Below the pieces are notes generated by a model. The model made no database searches. It saw nothing but the letters and a program-made list of their open reading frames with translations, and had not been told where the DNA came from. The position numbers and the translations under genes are program-made. This document shows positions 41,601 through 53,600 of a stretch of 64,000 nucleotides of DNA, in pieces. Location of the stretch: NCBI GenBank assembly GCA_965202585.1, contig OZ241828.1, positions 23,188,001 through 23,252,000 on the forward strand, read 5' to 3'. The stretch comes from Thalia democratica. Lineage: Eukaryota. The number at the start of each line of letters is the position of its first letter. Positions within the stretch are counted from its first letter, which is position 1.

Positions 41601-44600
41601 TTTTCTCAATCAAGTTTTAAAAGCTTAAACTTTACAATTTAGAAAATTGTTTGCATACTATGATCAATTGAACCAAAAAAAAAATTAAATACTAAAAATT
41701 TTAAACCATAGTAGTATATTTTGCATTTAAGCAAATCATTAACTGTATTTTTCGTTTTTTCAATCTTTTTTTGTTTGTCTAAGGTAATTTTTATAAGATT
41801 TATAAAAACTAAAAATAAAAGAAAAGTGGAAATTCCAAAAAACCCTAACACAGTCACCAAAGATATTTTTTTGTATGCACATTTTTTAGATATTTTATTT
41901 TGATTTATTGTAGCCTGTAGAACAAGCTTAAAAATATAAAAGTAAAGCAAGGCTTTAATTACACAAACACCTGAAACTCAGTGGCAACTATAAAAAATGC
42001 TGACACAGGTATCAAAATAACAAAATTTATACTATATGCTTTTTTACGTATTCCTTTTAAGAAATTTAACAAACTAAAAAACTATTAATGAAAGTTGAAA
42101 ATTATTTTAATAACCTATAAAGATATTTTATCTATAAACACATATTTATCTACAAGAAATTATAAAAGAGTATATATATAAATTAATTAGAAATTTTTTA
42201 TTATCTAAAAAAAATTAAACAAACGTCATTGTCGAATGATGCCATAATATCGCTCTTGGTTCTCCTCATCCTCCAACCCAGCTTAACGATGACGATTGTT
42301 GAGAAGATGATGACGAAAAGCAAGACTATAATAGCGGCTATTATGATGTCATCGCTGCTGTTCGATTTGATTTCCTCTGTTAAATATTTGCTTGGTTGTT
42401 AAAGAAAAGTTATTAAACCAATAGTTTCTTTTCAATTTCATAAAATTATACAAAAAGTTTTAACTTACTAGTATAAGTATTGTGTTATTTTTTTTTAATT
42501 GTTTTGTATTTGTATTTAAATCTGAGGTTTTTGGACTTGCAAAAAAATCTTCAAGTCTTACTGTATTATTTTAACTTATATGACGCTACTTGCCAATATA
42601 TTACAATTTTTATATAAGTTACGGAAAAAGCAAGTATTTGGTTTTTTTTTTTATAAAAATAATCTGATTAACACTTTTAGTGTAAAACAAATCCAACGAT
42701 CTCTTTTTTTGTTAGGTTTACGAGTAGTTTTAGTTACTTAAAAGCTTCGTACAAAAACATTCATGCTAAAAGTTTCTTTTAAACTATGATTAAAAAATTG
42801 GTATCAAAACACAATTTGAAAATTAAAGTAATTCAAAAAGTTTTTACGTTACTAATAGTCAAATTAAATTACCTCACATTGCAATTTGGGTGTTACTTTG
42901 ATCAATGTTGTCACGTTTTAGACCAACAAATTTGCCATAATTGACGTTAGATTTAATTTACAAAACTTTTCAAAAAACTTTATTCGAAACATACGTGCAA
43001 AACGACTCTTTAAAATACTCAACTATATGAAAATGATGAAACTGATGTTTAGTAAAAACTAACGTTTCAAAACAACTTAAAGCAATTTTTGAAATGGTTG
43101 AATGCATACGTTCATTTGCTAAAATTTGTAAAATTTTTCAAAGATTATAAACGAGTCAAACGAAAAATTGTTTTTTTTAACTCAAAAACTTAAAAATTTT
43201 AGCCTATGAAATTATCAGCTCTAAGTTTATTCTTCAAAGGCTCGTAAAGATTTCAGCCGTATTTTTTACACTTTTTAAACAATTTTGACAAAATGACGTC
43301 ACACAAACGTTTAGGCGCTTCCTTGGTGGTTGCGTCATCGACGGTCATCCTGATGACGTCATCCTTCTTGATGGGTCCTGCCGAGATGACGTGGCTGTCA
43401 GGATCTTGTGCGCTTCTCCTGTTGCGAGCATCCACTTGGTCATCGGGACAGTACTGAAAAATGATTTTAAAAAAGTTGATTTTATAGTTATCATTGCAGT
43501 TTTTAATTGAAAAGTGTAGTTTATAAATTTCGTTGTATATTTTGATGTGTAAGCATCAAACCTGTATCATTAAAAAACGAATCTTTGTTTTATACTAAAT
43601 ATAATATACTGTAAGAAACAAATTTAAAGTTCATGTTGGCTAAACTGTTTTCAAGTACATGGTTTATCTTCTTATGTTTGAAGAATTTTTACTGTCTTTA
43701 GGACAAAACTAAAAAGATAAGGTTTTTAGCTAGTATAGTATTTATTCAGTTTTTCCTTACAATTTTAAAAAGTTAGAGATTTTAGTGTTTATGGGTTTTT
43801 ATGTTTGTTATCTTTAGTAAAACTAATATTTGAACTACTAAAGATATTCTATATTGTATAGATTTGTAAGAAATGTAAGGGTTTTATCTATGGACGGCAA
43901 AGAAGTATAAGTAAAATATTTTGCTATAAAAGTTAACGTGTTTAAAATATCTACAAGTTCGTTACTAAGTTCGTTTTTTGCTGAACTTCTGAACATCTTT
44001 ATGTTTAACTAAAACAAACATTTAAAGCAAATAGAAAACTAATATTTAAAGCAAGTAGAAAATTAAAAAGTACGTTTTTAAACGCAGTTAATTTGCTATG
44101 TTTAGCTTATGTCAATCAATGTTTTAAACGTTGTAAATAGTTTTCAATAATTGATCGTTTATCTCAATAACAGTATAAGTTATTAAAAACTTAAACTTGA
44201 AAGTTGGTTTAAGTTCAACCTTAAGAAATACTTATACGATTTTAAAATGCAGCTTTATATAAATAGTTCAAAAAAATGTTAAAATAAGTCATATGACTTC
44301 AAATGAAAGTAGTTTATTTTAAACTTATTATAGATAATTCTTACGCTTAAACTTTTCATTAAGTGTTTTTATTTTGCATCATTTTTGTGCAACATTAAAA
44401 AAAATATATATAAAATGTTACAAATTAATATCTTTTTAGATATTTAGCACTAATCAATCTTTTACCATTGTTTAGTGTTAATTAGTTTTCAATTGTTCTA
44501 TATACAAGAGTTTATTATTACTTTTAATCGTGACTTGAAAGTAATTTATCTTACAGTTTTGTAAACCTTGACTAAGTTTTCACCACAAAATCTAAAAAGA

Positions 44601-47600
44601 TGAAAATATTGTTTGGAATCCAATTAAAACTAAAATAAGTTTGGTTTTGTGCAATCAGTTTTAAGGTGTAGCCGCTATAAATAAATGATTAGCCTTTTAA
44701 AAACTTTATCTAGACGATGTAGAAAAACTTGATAGATTAACCAAAGCACATAATGAAAGTTATAAGGTAAAAATAAAAATGTTCATTTTAAAGAACACAT
44801 AAAAACTTCTTTCAAAGTTATTTTTAAGTTGCTGTCTCAATAGAATAGCTAAGATTTTATTCAAACCAAGTGTTTAACACTTTAAGTGCCTTTATATTTT
44901 CAGTAAATGTCTGTTACTAGTATAAATACTAGTTACTAGTGTACTATTTCTAATTTGAACAAAGTAATACAAGACTATGCTATAACAATACTTAGTCGTC
45001 AATCCAGGTAAAAGTTTAGTAATGATATTTTTTTTAATCTTAATGACTGTATAATTATTAACAAAAAAGTTCTTGCAAAAGCAAAAGTTTAACTGAAAAA
45101 ACACAACTTGTGAACAATAAGTTTAATAAGTTTACAGGTTCGCAGTCCTCATGAAGGAAAACTTGTAAAGAGCAATGCAACCAAACGATTACAATAAACA
45201 AACAAAAAAAAATATTTATTTATTTATTTGATTACATAAAAAACAATAGGTTTATACGACCGTTTCGTATATGAGATAAATAACCTCATATACTTATCAG
45301 TAAAGTTTAATTACAGTGTTTAACAGGAATTTAGAACTTAAAAATTTTATAACTATAATATTTTCTAATAAAAGCTTTCAAAACTTCTCAAAATACATAA
45401 GTTCTTAAACTAACAAGATCATATTTTCAAACTTAACTTACTTTACTAAAATCTTCATTATTACTACGTCATAATTATTAAAGACATTTTCAAAATCTAA
45501 ATTTCTGTTTAACTTTGTTAATAAACTTTAGCTTTCCTGATGAGTATACGAGGTTATACATCTTATAATATGAAAGGGTCGTATTTTTTTATATTGTTAA
45601 TTTGTAACCAAAATGTAAAAATAAACAATTCTTAAAACTGTAAGTATTCAGTTAGCTGTAAAGCTAGTTACACCAACTTTGCTTTGAGATTAAAACCACT
45701 TATATAAAAATATGATATATGTTTTTTATATAATCAAACAAATATTTAGCTCCCATTCGAATTCTCGAGCGCTATCGACCAGAACGTTTTAAAAAATCTG
45801 CTAGTCTATATATTTATATATATATATTTATAAACTCACCGGCTCACAATCTTTGTGAAAGCACACTTGTAATGAACAATGCAATCAAACAAATAAAGAT
45901 GTATATATATATATATGTATATATACATGTATGTATATACTTACCGGCTCACAATCTTTGTGGAAGCACACTTGTAATGAGCAATGCAACCAAACTTTTT
46001 CATCATCGACAAACTTGAAAACCGGTCCCTCCCATCTGCGCAATTAAACATACAAATATAAAAACATATATAAATATTAAACATATTCGAATAAGGTTTC
46101 ATCAAAATACGCAACATATACGTATATAACAAAACAAAAATATTACTAAATATCTTTTCAAGTATGCATTTTTTATTGTATGTCCTAACTTTACGAGTTG
46201 TATACAAAAGTTATTAAGTGTTTAAAATAATAGATAAAAATTAACGTTTAGTACAATATACAAAAGCATAAAATTTATATAAATGAACTAACTAAACGCT
46301 TTCAATAACAAGAATTTAAGCACACTTTAATATATCAAGTTATGTAAAAAAAAACAAGGTTTCATTAAATTTTTTCAAAAACATATACCAAATTGGTAAT
46401 AAAAATATATTTATCCCCAACCTAACATGGTGCCCAGCCCCGTTGTCAGTAACAACCAACCCACCATCCATGGACCCTGGTATCGGGCATCGGTCCTCGA
46501 TTATCGGGTAACTTACAGGGAAGTTCGGGTCCTCCTGTGGCGTTGCCCAGCAACGTTTCACTACCTGCAGAAATGTTTTGATTTAGGGGATTTTGTTTTT
46601 GTTTATCTTTTTACTTGTACTTGACGTTTTTAAGGAACTTTGATTTACCCTATTTCTTTCACCTGATAGTTTTAGAGGAGTAGATAGCATAACTCTTAAG
46701 TCTTTACAAGTACTAACAGAAAAATGTTTATAAACTTATTAACTTTTAAGAAAACAGAACATAAAAGAACAGCAAAGTTTCACATATGTTGGAAAATTCT
46801 AAAAAAATGTATTGCTTACTGTTAGTAAAGTTTTTTTATTATAATGCTGTAATATTTTTTTTTGAATTTAAAGTTTAAAAAAATATAAAATTATATATGT
46901 TACAATTATTTAATTCATCTTATTTTGTTAAATTAAGCATTGTTTTATTTATGGAAATAAATCAAAGTTTTACAAACTGATGTTTAGACTAAACCAACTA
47001 CTTTTTTTAATTATTTTAACAAAACTAAAAAATCACTCACAATTTTAGTATCATTGTCAGCTTTGAGCAAATCAACTTGGACGTATATAGTGTCATATGC
47101 AAGTAACGAAGGTACGTATTTATAAGGCTCTGTATACATTCCACTCTTGAACAATCTCATTCTTGCAAAGAACTCTCCGTATCCTTTCTTCTCGAATGTG
47201 GTCACTGAGTAGCTGTTGGTAAATTGTTAGCTAAAATATCTTAGATCAAAAAACGGTTTTGGAAAATACATCTAAATGTATTATATAAGTTTTGAAAATT
47301 TATATCTGTTTGTGATAAATATTAACATTTGTTATTAATATTTTAACTGCTTAGTATAAAAATAATATAATAGTTTTATATTATTTTAAATAGCTTAACC
47401 TAGTGTTAAACCGTTTTTAAATTTTTTATATTTGCATGTGAAAACTATGAATATTACAAACTTTAAGTTAAATAAAAAAATAATTTAAAAACGATTATAA
47501 CTAAAAAAGTACAAAACCCAGCAGATTTTAAGATTACAAAAGTAAAAAAAATAATAAATAATAAAAGACGTTAAAGCGCTTATACTAAAGTTTTAGATTG

Positions 47601-50600
47601 ATAAATTTCTAATTATTTACTTAAAATTTGTTCTGTTTATTATTTGTTACGTAATAAAAGTTATAAAAAGTTCAAATAAACTGTATACTATCAGTTTGAA
47701 CTTCAAGAAACTACCTAGTAAAAGTAATTCAAAACTCTAATTATTATATAAACCTAAACATTTACAAATGTTATAGATAAAATATTTAATTTTTACAAAG
47801 TCTTTTCTTCATTGTGATAATGTTTTTTAATGCTAAAACAAAAGAAACTAAGGATAAAAATAATCTATCAACAATTTAATAACTATAAAATAGACGTTTT
47901 ATAACAAAAAGTCAAGATTTTAATAAAAAATTAAACTTTGTACAGTCATAAGCGAAATTACTTAATAAAGTAAAAATTTTTACCGCAAAAACAGTCTAAT
48001 AGTTTTATAAAAAAACAAAAGAAAAACTTAAATAGTAATTGTTTTAAAAGCTAATTTTTAACTCTATGTATAACGGTATAACTTTAGATAATTATAAAAA
48101 AATCATTATGAGAAATAAGATAATTCTAAACAGTTCAAAAGTATTAATTAAAGGCTTCAAGACTATAAAAAATACGTTCCGTATTTTATTTATAAACATT
48201 TTTTATTTACATTATTACCAATAAAATAATTAATTTGTAATAATTATCAGTCAAATAAGTCCATACGTCAGTTTAATAGATTTTGCTAATTTTAAGCTGT
48301 TTACATTAAATAAGTTCGTTTGTTAACTAAAACTTTTTTAATGCGTTAAAAAATTTTCAAAATTAAAGTTTTTTTTGTATTAACTATGAACTATTAAATA
48401 TATTGTGTCTTAAATTCATCAAACTTAACGAATTGGTTTAATATATAAAGTGGTTTAGAACTTTAAATTTCAAGTGTTTTTAAATTTGTTTTTGTTTGTG
48501 CATAATAAACTTATAATCAATATATTTTTTAAACTTTTTTCACTTCAATTCTTAATTCAGATTAAACTGCATGCTTTTAAAAGTTTAAATTTTTTTGTCC
48601 CTTTTTAGCATAATGATAAAAATTTTGAAATAAAAACTGGTTTTTGCTAAAATAAACATATACTCCCTGATATATAAAGTTCGTATACTTTTTTCGTACA
48701 AGCGTCAACAACGCACGATTTCCAAAAACTTAAAATACGCTTTTCTTCTTATTAAAACAATAACACTTTTACATAAAAGACAAACTTTTGATTAAACATT
48801 AAAAGAATAATACTTAAAACTTAAACATTTTAGAATAAAAAATATCAAATTTTGCAAATTTAAAAAAAAATAAAAAATAAGATTTTTAGCTTTTAGATGC
48901 TTAGTTGCAGAATATATCAGTGGTATAACAATGAAAAAAGATATTAAAATCTTTTAAAGATCAAACCAAAAATGATACACTGAAGTTGTACTTGTATAAA
49001 AGTATAAAGCTAGTTGATTTTTTCCATACAATCGTCAACAATGAAAATGTTTTATAGGTTTAAAATACTGTTCTATTAATGTTTAAATGATAACACTCTT
49101 ATATAAAATACAAACTTTAAGATTGAACAGTTAAAAGTTCTTTTTGTATGTAGTTGAATAAATTTTTTTTTTTTATTTTAAGTTTTTCAAACTTTAAAAA
49201 AAAACTAAGATATACGATCTACAGCTAATTACAGCATATATTAATGGTACAACAATGAAAAAGCCATTAGAACTATAAAAGATCAAACCAAAACTGATAA
49301 CCAAGTCCTAAAAGCTTTTGGAATACATTTTAATTGCAGCAAATAGACATTACAATGGTATAATAAATCCATAGTTATGAAACTTTTAAACATTAAAAAA
49401 TAAATTATACTGATGAAAATTACTTTGGAAATAAACCTCTAATATATTAAATGTACCGATTACAGCCACATTGTGTGGCACTAAAAGATTAAACTTGCTG
49501 ATTTAATTGTTGATTAAATTTTAAAGTTCGGTATAAGATCTTTATCAAATTAAAGGTTTTTTTTTCGATACCGTTTTTAGTTTCAAATGTAAGTAATCAT
49601 TTGTAATTTTTAGTTCCATAACTTTCAAAAATTTTATAAAGTTTTTTATTTGTTAAACACTGCAACAAAATGCTTATTGGATGAATTTATTTTACTTTGG
49701 TTTATAATTGTTCTTTTAAACTAAATTGAAAATTATACACTTAGTGTTTTAAAATTATTCTCTGTAATGTTTAAGATAAGTTAGTGGGTGTAACTTTATG
49801 GCAATTTACAGTAGGTTTTTACTTATCTTCTTGAATTATTAAGCTTTTTTTATTAATTATAATACAAGTTAAAATATGTTAGACTTAACTGACACTCTAT
49901 TAAATTTTTTTTTTATTTTGACTGATAACAAAATTGTGACAAATATTAAACATTAGCTTTAAAGCTTTAAGCTCGCAATGATAAATGTTAAAGCTTTAGG
50001 TAAGTAATTTAATGAAATTTAAGCTCCTGGAATTTAATCATAAGCATGAAAAAGTGCACTTTAATTATCAATATGATTAACAATAGCTTTCTTTTAAAAG
50101 TTTGAATAAGTATCGCTAAGTTTTTATACTTTTTCAAATTTACAAACTTTTTGCTTAACTTTATTTTAAAAAAGAATTTCACATCATTATGTTTGTAAAG
50201 TGAAGTTTATATTAAAATAAAAATTTTTATGACACAAAGTGTAACAAACTTAGCTATTAGTTCTACTAACATCATAGCACTTGATTGTAGATATCAAAGT
50301 ATTTGTAATAAAAAATGTATCAGTTTACGATTATTTTTAATTTAATAAAAAAAGGACTTAAACATTAATTAAAATCATTTACCTACAAAACGCATATTTT
50401 ATATTTTAATCATTAAAATCCATTTTGATTGTAAAACACTCATAAATATATGCATAAAAAAATATCACTTCACAGCTAAACAATAAGGCACAATTTGTTT
50501 GTATAGAAAAAATAACTTTGTTAATTTCCAATTAACATTTTAAAGCTTCAAAATAACTAGAAAGTGTCTCATCAAAATAAATAAATTTAAAGTATTTTTA

Positions 50601-53600
50601 TTAAAAACAAGGTTTGTTTATGCAAAATATTTTACGAAATTAAGAAAAAAATTATGATAATAATTTCATAACATAATCAAAAAACCAGAAACTGTTGTGT
50701 GGTCTTGTAATAACAATATAAATGTTATACTTGTTTACGATATATTTTATTTGAAAATTGAAAAAATATTTCTTGTTTTAAAATAAAAACTTGAATTAGT
50801 CTTAGTTGATTTAAGAGTATACTTGTTAAAAAGTAGAAAATGTCTTAAGATATGAGTTCGATTTTTCTTCTGCTTTAGTTTTGATGCTTAAACAGCTTTG
50901 TTTACCATAAAGTATTTGTTTACATTCAGTGTCTAATAAAGCCTATAAACATTATCAAACTATATTGTGGTATTTTAACGATGTTTTCCATTTCATTTAA
51001 CTAATTACAAGTTTGAAAAAACATAAATGTTTTTAATTTTGCTTAAACATAGACTTTAATTTAAAATTTATATCTTTATGCTGTATGATCAATCAGTTGG
51101 TCACCAAGTTTATAAGTCAGAAAAATCTGCATCAGACTACATTCCAGTAAAATCACAATTCATACAAATATTTAACATATAACAAAGGAAGACAGTCGGC
51201 TCTCTCCTAAACTTATCATTGTTTATTGACTAATTAATGAAAATCTTCCAAGCTTTTTTTTATTTATTACTTTTTATGTGGTCGTGTTTTTTACAAGTCT
51301 GATAACAATCAAGCCGCGTATTTGTAAAGTAATTTTCTTTATAACTGCACATTAGTTGTACTTCAAAGAATAAATTATAATTAGACATAAATGCGCAATA
51401 CTCACTTTACAAATGCTAATAAATACACGGCGTGATTATCACAGTTTTGCAAACAAGACTAGATAAGAAAGTGTAAGTAAAAAAACAACTTATTAATACG
51501 TTTATAAATCTATAAACAATAATAAACTTTGCACTTTATGAATAGAGGTAAAAAAGTAGAGTGCAGACTGTAATCGGTCTTTTAAGATAAATAACAACTC
51601 AGTATAATCGATGTTTTATAATAACTTAGTACACAAGTACATATCTTTTTATAAACAAAAACTATTACCCAGTAAATAAAAGCAAGTATGCGGTATAAAC
51701 ATTAATACCCGTCTTGTAAGTAAAATAATAGAAACCAACATGATAAATGCCTCACTAAAGTCAGTGTTGTAAATAAATTTATAAAGTAATAATGCTTTCT
51801 TAATTAACATAGCAGATATTTAAAGTCAGAAAATATAATCGGTTTCGTATGTGCACCTCACTTTATAACAGATTAGAATAAATAAAAACATCAATAAATG
51901 TTTAACCAACTTGATAAAAGCGGGCAGGTATTTGACGTGCACGTTGTAGTCGGTCTTGTACAAATTATATTAATAGAATCATACTACTTACTTGATAAAA
52001 GCGGGCAGGTATTTGACGTGCACGTTGTAGTCGGTCTTGTAGATGCACATCACGTTCATCTTGAAGTCGGGCATCTGCTCGTTCCCGCCAAACTGTCCAA
52101 ACTGTCTCCTGCCGAATATGACCGTGTTAGAAGGGTCAGTCACTCTCTTCATGTACTCCTCTCTTGCCAGTCCGTTGGTTAGCACGTTAGTGTAGTTGAC
52201 GTGAGTGTCGTTCACCTGTGTGACGTAATAGTGTTGGTTGATATGACGTCATAGATAGTTTTCAATTGAAAAAGAAAGTTTAAGATCACTATCTCAAATA
52301 TTGATGTTCTTAAGTATTATTAACTGTATGTCCCCACTACAAAATAGTTAGACTTTATTGTTGAATTTACTTTAAAAACCTTAAATCTATATTTTGATGT
52401 TTCTACTTCTATCAGACTAAACGTTCACAGGTTGTTTAATAATTTTTAACTTGTCAAAAGAATTTACAGCAAGCAAGCGTCATTAATTGATAACATTGAA
52501 TAAGTTGAAGTAATACAAGTTTTCAGTATGAACACCATACTTAATCAGTTCATGTGAAGAAAAACTATTTTTCTTCTAAAATTTCAAGATGTCAGCTGCA
52601 AATGTTAAAGTATGTACTTGTTTGCAATAATAAACTAAAACATAAAAACAATTTGTTTTGATCATTGTAGTTATTTAAATACGTCATTCAAAACCTTTTT
52701 TAACATAGTTGAATTGACATAAACTAATGTTTAAGAGCAGTGGTAGATTTTTAATAAAGAACAAGTATAACTTAAACGTAACACTAAATAAAGTTGTACA
52801 TATTTCTTAAAGTTTATTTTAATTTAATTGTGATAGTTGAACAATATATCTCTTGAAAAGATAGAAGATACAACAAAAACTTTAGTATAGTAAAAGAGTA
52901 AACAAAATTAATTTTTTGAACATTTAAATTAGAACTTTCTTATTCGTAACAACAGTGACACATAGGTAAGGGCATGTCAAGTGTGCTATTAACTTATTTG
53001 TATGATAGTTGTCTACTTAAAACTTTAACTCACAGTGTAAGCAGTGTTGCATGACGTCAGGGCTGGTCCTATGTGGTATCTAAAAACGTTTTGAAGTTTT
53101 AATCAATAACAAAAACCAACATTTAGAATAAAATGTCATCATACCTGAAGTAAGTCTTGAACTCGGTACCATAGCAACTAGGGTCGTCACCATCACCAAA
53201 ATAAAGGGGACCAAATTTCTTTTCGAACTTTTCGTACATCACCTGTCGGAAATCCAATATATTATTAAATAAAAAAATTCAATAGTTTGAAGTTTATAGT
53301 TAAAAAGTTAATAAAAAAGTAAACATAAAGTTTATGAGTTTGAAACGAGAAACTGATGTGATTTAAACTAACATGCATAAAGATGTATAAAAACACGTAT
53401 TGATATGAATTTTTAGTAAAGAGTATGTATATACTTACTTAAAGTATAATTAAATTTTAATTTAGATGCTTGGTTTAAAAAGCGTGAAATGGCGTATTGT
53501 GATCATGTACATATGTTCTAAATATTTTTTAGATTTAAAACGACTAAATACTAAGACTTATCATACGTAAACAGTTATAAGATACTTCAGTGTACCTTCA

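Noticed and set aside
41639-41950. 103-aa ORF and its antisense ORF
   Set aside because: Lies inside the 1.4-kb intronic tandem duplication; the composition is AT-driven.
43253-43308. In-frame intron read-through after the EHP exon (RLCDVILSKLFKKCKKYG*) as a secreted isoform
   Set aside because: Short read-through to a stop is expected by chance, and there is no independent support.
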